Positions 1-11,400 of a stretch of DNA of 64,000 nucleotides are shown here, piece by piece (the first letter of the stretch is position 1; every line of letters starts with the position of its first letter). The DNA comes from Paraspadella gotoi (Eukaryota; Animalia; Chaetognatha). The translations under genes and the position numbers were made by a program. The stretch lies in NCBI GenBank assembly GCA_051294375.1, contig CM119266.1:10940778-11004777 (forward strand), given 5' to 3'. The notes under the pieces are model-generated. The model saw only the letters and a list, made by a program, of their open reading frames with translations. It searched no databases and was not told the origin of the DNA.

Positions 1-133
1 AGAATAGAATAATAATTTAACAATTTATAAACCGAACAAAAGAAAATCAGTTGTTTTTTTTTTTTTTAAAGTTAATAATCATAAATTGAGTCGATTCTTT
101 TTCCGCCAAAAATTCCGGTTACGGGGGAAAAAG

Positions 134-226
134 TGACGGCGACGACGATGAAGACGACGACGATGAAGACGACGACGATGATAACGACGATGACGACGAC
201 GAAATCGATGATGACGTCGACGACGA
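134..226 (+). repeat. Imperfect (GAC/GAT)n trinucleotide microsatellite
   Basis: gacgacgatgaagacgacgacgatgaagacgacgacgatg... It generates the T-rich, V-rich and R/H-rich ORFs in the track. Confidence 0.85.
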
Positions 227-788
227 AAAGTCCCATAAAATCGCGCGGGAAAATGCGATCGTCGGAGCGAAATCGATGGAGCGAGAAGAGTGACAGAAGA
301 AGGTGGAGGGGAGTGATGGCGTGGAGTGGCGGGGAGGTTAGGAGGGGAGTGAGGGAGTGGAGGGTGGAGTGACACGGGTGACAAACGAGACGCCGGTGAG
401 GCAACTCTTGTACCGGAATGGAGAAAAGGTAAGGGATAAGAAAAAAGAACGTGTGGTGAAAGGTAAGTAAATTATGTAAGTTTAACAAAAACAAAAGAAA
501 ATGAAATCTGAAAGATGAACAAATGTAAAAAAAAAAACAACAAAATAAACAAATAAGAAAAGGAAATTCGATGGCGACGCCGCAATTTTGCGTCGCCCAA
601 CGGAACTCCCGAATTTCCTCCCGATCGGCTTCGACGATCGGATTCTTTACGATCTTAACGCGAATCGTAAAATCTGGCGACAAACTCGTACGAGGGAGAT
701 TGAAACGACTGCTTACCAGTTTGCAAGCACCTTCGTCCACACCACGCGAATTCGAGGGAGATCGGAGTCTCTCTCTCTCTCTCTCTCT

Positions 789-813
789 NNNNNNNNNNNN
801 NNNNNNNNNNNNN
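789..813. other. 25-N assembly gap (same size at 2796-2820, 13460-13484, 27180-27204, 33987-34011, 38733-38757, 52318-52342)
   Basis: N runs counted directly. A fixed 25-N spacer is what PBJelly-type gap fillers write when extensions overfill a gap; attributing it to that tool is inference. Confidence 0.85.
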
Positions 814-900
814 CCTCCGTCTTCTTCTCATCTCTCGCTCTCTCTCCCATCTCCTTCTCTTCTCTCTCTCTTCTCCTCCACGGCTTTCTCCCGCCAATTT

Positions 901-3826
901 CGCGCGGGAGAAAAATTATGGGTTTTTTCCTCAAACATAAATTCAATCGCGGGTCCGGCGCGGTTTTATTAGCATTTTAAACTTTGATATTTTCCTTTTT
1001 TACCGAAACATTTCTTTTTCCCTTCGCTAAGACGGGCAAGCAGCCCGCCGCCGCCGCTGCAGTGACAACGCGCGCAGCCTGTGCGCTGCCGGCTGAGCCG
1101 CTGCTGTTGTCGATCTGCTCCCGGGCGGCCTTCGATGAAGGATCCCCCGCCTGAGCGACCGGGAGACTTTTTTTATGAACATGTACTAAGCGAAAGGATT
1201 TTTTTCAGAAGAGAGAGCGAGTTTAGTTAAAAAGACTAGTGAAATAGAGCACGACGGCAAATTATTTTGCAAAATAATGATTTTTTTGATCGAATGCCAA
1301 GTAGGAGAAATAAAAATATATAAAAAAATTCTGGCGGACGAAAAACAATGAACAGCAAATAACATGTGAGAAAACGTGAGAGAGAGACGAGAGAGAGAGA
1401 GAGAGACGAGAGAGAGAGCAGAGAGAGAGAGAGAGAGAGGAGAGAGGGGAGAGAGAGGCCAATGAGTGAGAGAAAAGATATGAAAGAAGGTGAGGCGAGA
1501 AGAGAGAGAGAAGAGAGAAGAAAGAGAAGGAGCAGAGAGGAGAGAGGAGAGAGAGAGAGAGAGAGAGAGAGATGGCGTTTAATTGCCAGCCGCAAACCGA
1601 AAAGACAAAATACTGGCGGTTGACTACCTTAAATCGGAACTGACAATCAAAAGGAGATTTAAAAATTGAGGGCAGAATAGGAACGGGACACGACGGAACG
1701 GACGCGCGGAGAACACTCGACGACGAGGCGCCAAAATGTATGATTCATCAAGGTTTGTCCCGGGGGGACGGAATCAAACATTCCGTTGCATCTTCTTCCT
1801 GGTTGTTTTAAATGGCGGGCGGAGACCAACGGGGCAGGAGAAAGAAGAGGAAAGTTCTCTCCCCCTTCTTCTTTTCTTTTCTTTCTTTTTCTTCTTTCTC
1901 TCTTTTTATTATTTTCTTTTTTCTTTCTATTTATGTCTTCTCCATTATTCTCCTTTCCTTTTCCGGTCTCCCTCTTTTTCTATTCGTTATTTGAAATATC
2001 TGAAATTTTTTTTTTCTTAATATGTATCAGTCAATTCCTTTGTTGACTTTAAATTATATCTCAACAATTTCATACAATCGATTCACGTTATTTAGTTATC
2101 TTAGAAATGTTTTAAATTAGCCTTTTTCGTTATATATCACCTTCGGGAGAAATAAGATCGTAAAACGTAAAGTTTCGTTTTAAAAAAGGGCGAATGTAAC
2201 TTAAAAGAAGATAGAACCTGGCTTGTGAAAACAAGAAAAAAAGCTGTTTGTAAAAGTAAAATGTTAAAAAAAAAAAAAAAATGAACATAAAGCAGTAGTG
2301 GAGGAAACTTCTCTTCTCTTCTTCTCTCTCTCCCTCTCTTCTCTCTCTTCTCTCTCTCTCCGCGCGGGGAGAAAAATTATGGGTTTTTCAAACATAAATT
2401 CAATCGCGGGTCGGCGCGGTTTTTATTAGCAATTTTACTTTGATATTTTCTTTTTCCGAAACATTTTCTTTTTCCCTTCGCTACGCAGCAGCCCGCCGCC
2501 GCCGCTGCAGTGACAACCGACGCAGCCTGTGCCGCTGCCGCTGCCGCTGCTGTTGTCGATCCTGCTCCCGACGCGGCCTTCGATGCAAGGATCCCCCGCT
2601 GAGCGAAAGGGAGACTTTTTTATGAACATTAACTACGAAAGGATTTTTTTCAGAAAGAGAGAGCGAGTTAGTTAATAAAGATAGTGAAATAGAGACGACG
2701 CAAAATATTTTGCAAAATAATGATTTTGATCGAAATGCCAAATAGGGAAATAAAAAAATTATATTAAAAAAATTTGGGACGAAAAACAATGAACANNNNN
2801 NNNNNNNNNNNNNNNNNNNNGCAAATAACATGTGAGAAAACGTGAGAGAGAGACGAGAGAGAGAGAGAGAGACGAGAGAGAGAGCAGAGAGAGAGAGAGA
2901 GAGAGGAGAGAGGGGAGAGAGAGGCCAATGAGTGAGAGAAAAGATATGAAAGAAGGTGAGGCGAGAAGAGAGAGAGAAGAGAGAAGAAAGAGAAGGAGCA
3001 GAGAGGAGAGAGGAGAGAGAGAGAGAGAGAGAGAGAGATGGCGTTTAATTGCCAGCCGCAAACCGAAAAGACAAAATACTGGCGGTTGACTACCTTAAAT
3101 CGGAACTGACAATCAAAAGGAGATTTAAAAATTGAGGGCAGAATAGGAACGGGACACGACGGAACGGACGCGCGGAGAACACTCGACGACGAGGCGCCAA
3201 AATGTATGATTCATCAAGGTTTGTCCCGGGGGGACGGAATCAAACATTCCGTTGCATCTTCTTCCTGGTTGTTTTAAATGGCGGGCGGAGACCAACGGGG
3301 CAGGAGAAAGAAGAGGAAAGTTCTCTCCCCCTTCTTCTTTTCTTTTCTTTCTTTTTCTTCTTTCTCTCTTTTTATTATTTTCTTTTTTCTTTCTATTTAT
3401 GTCTTCTCCATTATTCTCCTTTCCTTTTCCGGTCTCCCTCTTTTTCTATTCGTTATTTGAAATATCTGAAATTTTTTTTTTCTTAATATGTATCAGTCAA
3501 TTCCTTTGTTGACTTTAAATTATATCTCAACAATTTCATACAATCGATTCACGTTATTTAGTTATCTTAGAAATGTTTTAAATTAGCCTTTTTCGTTATA
3601 TATCACCTTCGGGAGAAATAAGATCGTAAAACGTAAAGTTTCGTTTTAAAAAAGGGCGAATGTAACTTAAAAGAAGATAGAACCTGGCTTGTGAAAACAA
3701 GAAAAAAAGCTGTTTGTAAAAGTAAAATGTTAAAAAAAAAAAAAAAATGAACATAAAGCAGTAGTGGAGGAAACTTCTCTTCTCTTCTTCTCTCTCTCCC
3801 TCTCTTCTCTCTCTTCTCTCTCTCTC
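901..3826 (+). repeat. Tandem duplication with ~1.46-kb period: 1355-2360 = 2821-3826 (apparently identical), 901-1354 ~ 2361-2795 (indel-rich)
   Basis: ORF track repeats at offset 1466 (1366/2832, 1736/3202, 1786/3252, 1812/3278). Both units begin cgcgcggg(g)agaaaaattatgggttttt. A 25-N gap lies inside the second unit. Confidence 0.93.
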
Positions 3827-4610
3827 AGAGAGAGAGAGAGAGAGAGAAAGAGAAAGAAAAGAGTTCCTCCCTACCCTACTTTGTTCATTTTTTTAAACCA
3901 TTTCTTTTACAACAGCCTTTTTCTTCTGTTTCAGCCAGGTTCATACTTCTTTTAAGTTACATCCCTTTTTTAAACTCCTTTTTCGATTACATCCCTTTCT
4001 CTCTTTTCCTATGGATTCCAGATTTCGCTCTTTTCTGTTTTGCTAATCTTTTGACTTTTCAAACGACACGGGAACTCGTTCCACCCGCGTGTTTTTCCCA
4101 TTTTCTCGCTAAACCTTATTTATTCATCTCATTTTGCGCGAAACTTTACGTTTACGATCTTATTTCTCCGAAGGTCGATATATAACCGGAAAAAAGGCTA
4201 ATTTAAAACATTTCTAAGATTCAAACTAAATAACGTGAATCGATTGTATGAAAAATTGTGTTAGAGATATAAGTTTAAAGTCAAAAGGAATTGACTGATA
4301 CACATATAAAAGGAAAAAAAAAATTTCAGACATATATTTTCAAATAAACGAATAGAAAAAAAAAAGAAGGGAGACGAAAGGAAAGGAGGAATATGGAAAA
4401 AGCATAAAAAATAGAAAAGAAAAAAAGAAAATAATAAAAAAGAGAGAAGAAGAAAAAAGAAAAGAAAAGAAAAGAAAGAAGGGGAGAGACTTTCCTCTTC
4501 TTTCTCCTCGCCCGTGGGTCTCGCCCCATTTTTACAACCAGGAAGAAGATGCAAACGAAGTTTTGATTCGTCCCCCGGGACAACTGATGACATCATACAT
4601 TTCTTGGGCG

Positions 4611-4645
<35 letters not shown>

Positions 4646-4758
4646 TATTCTGCCAAGTTTTATCTCTCCTATTTTGTTGTCAGATCCGATATTAAAGTAG
4701 TCAACCGCCGAGTATTTTGTCCTTCGTTGCTGCCATTAAACGCTATCTCTCTCTCTCT
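3827..4758 (-). repeat. Fold-back (inverted), indel-rich copy of ~3030-3826, turning at the tctctc|agagag junction
   Basis: 4139-4200 cgaaactttacgtttacgatcttatttctccgaagg matches the reverse complement of ccttcgggagaaataagatcgtaaaacgtaaagtttcg. 4535-4610 mirrors the catcttcttcctggttgt and ggcgccaaaatgtatgat region. Confidence 0.88.
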
Positions 4759-5675
4759 NNNNNNNNNNNNNNNNNNNNNNNNNNNNNNNNNNNNNNNNNN
4801 NNNNNNNNNNNNNNNNNNNNNNNNNNNNNNNNNNNNNNNNNNNNNNNNNNNNNNNNNNNNNNNNNNNNNNNNNNNNNNNNNNNNNNNNNNNNNNNNNNNN
4901 NNNNNNNNNNNNNNNNNNNNNNNNNNNNNNNNNNNNNNNNNNNNNNNNNNNNNNNNNNNNNNNNNNNNNNNNNNNNNNNNNNNNNNNNNNNNNNNNNNNN
5001 NNNNNNNNNNNNNNNNNNNNNNNNNNNNNNNNNNNNNNNNNAAAAAAAGCTGATTTTCTTTTTCACGGAATTGAGAGGGAAAAAAAATCTTAATCGTCGT
5101 CGTCTGCATCGTCGTCGTTGGCATCGTCGTCGTCGGCATCGTCGACATTCACTAACCGTATGCTCGTGAGCTTGCTGCTGTTTTCTTCTATTACATTCAA
5201 TTATCAATTATGTTTTTAGTCTGTTCCTATCTCCCTTACTTCTGTTATTTTCGGCCTCTACTAATTTTATCGGTTTCTTTGAGTCACCCTGTCCCGTCAA
5301 ATGCCACTTACTTTTTTTCCCATTGCGATGGATTCCTCTTCCTTTTTATCCGTTCTCCCCCTGTCGCTACTGAACTGAGGATCTTAGAACTTAAATCGGG
5401 GGAGTTATCCATCAATCATCTGGATGTCTTCGCTAACTCGTGAACGCGTTCCTGTTCTCCTTTTTCCTCGTTTATTTCCTCTCTCTCTCTCTTCTCTCTC
5501 TCTCCTCTCTCTCTTCTCTCTCTCTCTCTCCTCTTTTTCTCTGCTGCTGCTCTCTCTTTTATCTCTCTCTACTTGCTTTTAGTTCCCTTTTGTTATATTT
5601 TTTTGATTCTTCTATTTAGTTTCTTATCGTATTTCCTTACACTATCTGTATACCTTAATCATACTTCTTCCACAG

Positions 5676-5870
5676 TTTGACGAGCCGCTTTCACCAACGC
5701 TTTCACCAACACCGTAAGTCGGCGGTCTTCTCCCGCACGGGATGAGTTTTGGATTTGTCAGTCGATTGCACGAAGGGATGCCTCGAGCCTGCGTTCGCCG
5801 GGCGTCATCGGTCGGTGGAGGCCGACATCCCGATGATATTTCGATGACAGAGATTGGAGCAACGAGTTGA
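5676..5870 (+). CDS. Candidate last two coding exons of an unidentified gene (5676-5713 and 5762-5870; 48-nt GT-AG intron)
   Basis: Acceptor ttcttccacag|, donor CC|gtaagt, acceptor tttgtcag|. The spliced frame reads FDEPLSPTLSPTPRLHEGMPRACVRRASSVGGGRHPDDISMTEIGATS* (TGA at 5868-5870). No homology recognised. Confidence 0.45.
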
Positions 5871-7032
5871 GTTGACTTGTAAGAAAACCCAATTAGGAAG
5901 AGTTTTAATTTTTTGGTAGAAATGATACAAAATAAAATTGTATCTAAAAGACAAATTGCAAAACTCGCTAAGTAGCGCTGTATTGCCAAATTTTAAAATA
6001 CTTTTTCTTCATTCATGTTTTAACTTCTATTAGGCACGAGTGTGTACTTGTAATCGTTATTCAAGTGCTTTTAATAGTTTGATTACGCAACTGATTTACG
6101 TCATTAGGAGTAACTTTTTTATATGCCTCTCCTTAGTCGCTTCAAGTTAATATTCAACAAACATTTTGAAACGCTTTTTTTTATGTTAAAAATAATGTAG
6201 TATTGAGGTTCAGATTTGATTTTTTTTTTTTACTGTTTGTTGGCGCTGGATGCGGAACACCCAACGTATTTTTCTATTTTATTATGTGGCGTAGTGATTT
6301 CAAAAATACATTTAAGCAATTATATGTTAAATAAGTGTAATGTGTTGATATTTTTTAAAATTTGGCAAGCTTGTGGCGTAAAATTTGGCGTGAATAGGTA
6401 AGTTTAATATGTATCTACTGTCACGTAAGGAGCTTTCGATTTTGTCTAGTAAAGCTATTCGTTTAAGTGGTTTGTAACGATTTTATCCGGCCTGTTTTTA
6501 TACATGGTTTGCGTAGAATGGCGTAAAATGAACAGAAAACATATTAATTTATTTAATTTTGTGGCCTAAAACTTTTTTTATTTCCAATAGCTATTAGTTA
6601 AGATCTTTGCGTAGATGGCGTAAATTGAGTAACCTGCGCCTTCCATCACTCTTTCCCTTTCTCCTTCTTTTCCCTTTTCTTGTTTATACATCTCGATTCT
6701 AAGTCGATTATTTTCGGGTTTTTCTTTAATCAAGAAAAAAGATAAACATACCGAAATAAGCTCAACTCATAGATAAGAAACAAGTAACACGTAAAGTCAG
6801 TGGACATTTTATTAAAGTTCAAATTGTGGGCCATTCAACAATGGTTCATTAGGTTTATATTTGAACTTAGTTAAACAGACTTATAATAAAGTATTACCCA
6901 TTCTTATTAATGTTATTATCATGTATATTTAGCAAAGGAGGATTGTTGTAGCAGAAAAGGGCATGAATAGATTTTAAGTCATAGTATTATATTATACAGT
7001 TCATCTCTTGTGATTCATATGCTATAGTATAG

Positions 7033-7192
7033 GAACAATATAGAAATGACTATCGCCAGGAACTGCTTCTGCGTTTTTGCGCTCATTTTGGGTTATCAAA
7101 TGATCAATACCTGGAGAGAAATAACTTTGAATCTCCTGAACAGAGGTTTGCCGAGGAAAGAATGTTTTTGTGTACAATAAAGAATTTGCATG
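7033..7192 (+). CDS. Possible internal exon in an AT-rich block
   Basis: After tatag| the frame reads EQYRNDYRQELLLRFCAHFGLSNDQYLERNNFESPEQRFAEERMFLCTIKNLH. Further AG acceptors follow T-rich tracts near 6932 and 7284. No clear donor and no recognised family. Confidence 0.25.
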
Positions 7193-10100
7193 TCTTTTCA
7201 ATATTTTCTATTTTGAAATTTTTTTTCGGTTTTAGTTAGATTTGTTACGCTACCTATATTCAAAACTAAAATTTTTCTTTTTAGGATTTCTACAGTAAAT
7301 TTCAAAAGCTGTTTTTGGGATTCTTCCTATTATTTTTTTGGCCAAGACATAAAAATTTCGTCTCGAATACTGCTAATCCCTAGTAGGGAAATGTTTAACT
7401 TTAAAACTCCTCGTCGTAGGTTTAGAGAAGCGATCTTGAATATCAATTCTTAATTTCAAGGTAGATGGTGTACTACCAATTTTTAATGTAATTTTGTATA
7501 GACGTCCCCAAGAAGTTCCATGAGCTGCTATTTACCGCTACGACATCAGTAACTGAGATGCTGACCCTTGCCACCGATCCGCACTAACCCCGGGTGATTA
7601 CGGTCGCGTGGGGTGGAAAGTCGGCGACGATGCTTCGATGTCGGCGAGATTGCTGCATAGTCCGTCGACGTCATCTGTCGCAAACTCTTGTTTAGGGTGA
7701 GTGGAGTCGCCCCGTCGCGCCTCGTCGCATTAGAGTGTCACGAAAAGTGCTACAACTAAAAACCAATGAATAAATATTGAATGAGTAGGACATAGGGACG
7801 AAATGAACCCTTGTGCGTATATAACACGCCCACTTGCTCACTACTCTTTCAATGGATTCACAGGCAAACCGGCTGTTGCTGCACCTGTTACATTTACGAC
7901 AACATTATTTCACGAACGGATATGATGAAATAACCAATAATTTATTTATATTTCCCCATTTGCCCCTCCAGCCTCACTCAAGGTTCCCTCAAAGCCTCCC
8001 CTCAACGCCCCTCCCTCGAAGCCCTCCCATCTCCTCTCAACCTCACCAAGACGCGCGGACGAAGGCGGCTCTTGGAGATCGACGCGCACGTTTTCGTTGT
8101 GGTTCCATTTGAAGGTTTGACCGTACTCGGCGACGGCCGGCTGACGCATCCCGGAGAAGCCTAGAGGTTCGGCGTCCATCGCGTCGGGGGCCAGTCGCCA
8201 CGTCCTGGAATTGCGAAGAGAATAGAACGGAATTGGGGTCATGGGGAATTGGGGATGCGATGCGAAAATAGATGACGCGATGCGCTCTAGCAACAGAGCA
8301 ATGTCACGGGGAGGAAAAGTTAGATAGCTTCTTCGATAGCTTCTCATATCTTTGTTATTAATAAAGCTCAAACTCTTAGTTGATCACGTCTAATTTTTCG
8401 ACCTTGGATGCCCCGCCCTTGCTATATAAACTCATTATTATATATTACTGAGTCCGCCCTTCGTAAAGATCGAAGCTAAAATATTAAGTCGCCAAGTTGC
8501 ATACAAGGAGTAGTTCAAACGCGTTGAAATTATTCGAAAAATGTTAATGATGGAACGACTCTAGGGCTATGGTGTAACTATGTTTAAAATCATAGCGCCG
8601 CCCCACGGTAAACCGTTTTAATTTTCGATAATGATACATTTAAAAAATTTAATAAATATCTCAAACAAGATGAAAAACTCTAACCAACCAAAAACAAAGA
8701 CGACAGAGCGATTGGAGGAACAAGAATACCGAAGTCTATAATACGTGGAGCAGGGGAAATGAATAAAAAGGCTAGAATATGCGCGTAAGGGAGATGAGGA
8801 GGGGAATAAAAAGAAGAAATAAGCCAATAAAAAAAAAAAATAGATATACAATCTTAAGAGCATGTAGGATGTCGCAATCGCATAAGTAAAATCGGATTGA
8901 CGGCCAAAATTTTGATACTAAAATCAATTTGAGAAAAGAAAATAATTTATAACAGAAAAAAAGAAAGAAATATAAGAAAGAATAGAAAAGAAATTAAGAA
9001 TAGAGAAAGACAGACAAGACTAGAGACAGGGAAAATATTTTTTTACTAAAATATCAATTGTAAAAAGAATTAATTATAACAGAAAGAAAACTTATATAAT
9101 TATTAAAGAGAGGGTTCGACGATGAATCTCTTCAATAGAGGGCGGACGAGAGATAGCTGGTAGAGAGAGATTGGAAGATGAGAGAGAGAAAAAGCCAAAT
9201 CGTTTTCGGATGACATCAGTCTGGCAGCAGCATAGGCAAAGAATCCAATCACAGCAGAACAGAGGAGAAAGAAGACAAAGAAAAGCCCCTGCAGAGCAGT
9301 GCATGATCTTCTTTTTTTTTCTCGGATGAATCGCCTGGCGAAAGAGTAGAGAAAGCTTCTAGAATTAAAAGAGAGATGAGGAAGAATATAAAAATAATGA
9401 GGAATTGTTTGTTTTGATTTAAAACGTAACAAATTATTATCACTGTCGCACCAATTTCAAGACCTCGATAGGGAGCTGTATAAAATTCAGGCTGCATAAA
9501 CCAACTACATCAAAAAGGCGATCTATTATTGGAACGCGCCGCGACGACGCGACTGTTGCTACTTAGCGCAAAGCGTTCAAAGATCGTCGCAACGCCAAAG
9601 CTGATTGCGACGATTAAAAGAAAAAGAAGGAGAAAGCGGTAATATCGGGTGAGAGGTTATGGGGGACCCTAAATATCTATCACAACCTGTTCATTCAGCG
9701 CCATAGTGCGGAGAGCAAGTCCATTCGCCTCCGCCCAAAGGTCGGCGCGACGATTCTCTGAGCCCAGGTGGTCCGTCTTGTATTGGCCTTGAGAGGACCG
9801 GGGGCTCTACCCGCCGCGTTAACTATTGTGTTTAAGCTGATCGAAGCTTTCAGAGGGACTGGCTTATTGAGGTGGTTCTATCATCAACAACAAACACGGA
9901 TAATTAGGTGCTTTCAGTTGATATCTTATAACGTCTCCGACGTAAATCCCCCGCTTTTTCGCATCGATGACTGATAATGGCATTGAATAATGATCTAACA
10001 GACAGCTTTGACAATTTACTGATGGGTGAGTTATATTATACAGGCGATACCGAGAAAGCTAAGACAGGGCGAGTTTTAATGCACACTTTCATTGAATCCG

Positions 10101-10489
10101 CGCTTAATAAGCCTGAAGATAGCAACTCTCTCCTCTCTGGCTCTCTTCTCTCTCTCTATCTCTCTCTCTTCTCTCTCTTTCTCTCTCTCTCCTCTCTTCA
10201 CTGCGTGGGCGACGTCGTCGTAGCTTTCCTGCTCGCCTCAACTATTAAGAGGTCGTTCATAAGCAACAAACGTCGCGGCTTCTCTTCACAGTTTCGGTTA
10301 CTGAAGAAACAAATAAATAATGAATCCAATTAAGAAACCTACTATAAATTATTAACAATTACCTTTCCGTAACAACTCTTTCAATACGAACGTATCTTAT
10401 CTCAATATATTTAAAGTAAATCATTCAAGAGATACGGTATTAGATAATAAAGAGCGGAAAAGGGACAAAACAGCGTCAGCTGAAAAAGG

Positions 10490-11400
10490 ATGTTTTACCG
10501 ATTGCGGTGGACTTGGTAGTGAAGTTGCTAACGTTTGTCGACCCGACGAGGATCGTAGGTCCTCAGCTGGAGAGATCGGGAGAGCTTAAGGCCGTTAGCG
10601 ATCGCGATGCACTTGACGGCATCGAAGATCGGCTTCGCTTTCGCTCGTTAGCGGTTGAGCGTTGTCTCAACTGGCCTACGTCAGAGCCAGTTGCAGACTC
10701 GTCGGGAATCCGCAAGTAAGAAAATGAGGATATATAAAGAAGAAAGAATCACATCTTCCGCTTTTCCGGTCCCCCTCCAACCAACCCTCCGACCGAACCG
10801 ACCGAACCGACCCGACCCGACCGACCCGACCGACCGACCGCACCTGTGTGTGATCGGGGGACGTGTTTTAGAGGTCCTGAACTGTGAGGATGTAGGGGAA
10901 ATCTCTGAACGGGTTTGCCATGAGCAGAAGGGAGAGTTTGTCTGCGCGCTCGACTGGCAGTTTGAGTATTCGCGAAATGTGGTCTGTCGCGCGCATCGTG
11001 GACGTCTCATCGCGCGTGAAAATTGTTTCGTGCGATACCAGCCAGACATTGCTATTGGAGAGCGGATAAAATAAGGTGTTTGAGTTTCAGTAAATGCGCT
11101 GTCTATCGGACTGGAAATTAGTACTATGGCAAGCCAAGTATTACGGAATCATATCGCTTTTTTATCAATTTACAAATATTTTATTTAAATTTAAATATAA
11201 TTTTTAACGAAAGATAATCAGTCGGGTAAAGAGGTAATTTAAATTTCCCTTCCATTGATGTTGAATTCAACCTTTCGAAACGAGCCCAGACGTCGCGATC
11301 TTTTCGTCTTGATCCCAATTCTGGACAGAGTTTGGGCGTTGGACATCCCATGGTGGAAGGTCTCGAAACTTTGAAGAATTGACACCGCCTGTTTATTGGT
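10490..11400 (-). CDS. Frameshift-disrupted coding-like segments (gene fragment in noisy sequence, or pseudogene)
   Basis: Minus frames read NKQAVSILQSFETFHHGMSNAQTLSRIGIKTKRSRRLGSFRKVEFNINGR (~11397-11248), VWLVSHETIFTRDETSTMRATDHISRILKLPVERADKLSLLLMANPFRDFPYILTVQDL (~11047-10871) and KPIFDAVKCIAIANGLKL..QLRTYDP (~10636-10550). A donor-like CAG|GTGCGG at 10843 precedes a (CGGT)n tract. Confidence 0.35.
10789..10840 (+). repeat. (CCGA/CCGAA)n microsatellite
   Basis: ccgaccgaaccgaccgaaccgacccgacccgaccgacccgaccgaccgaccg. Confidence 0.85.
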
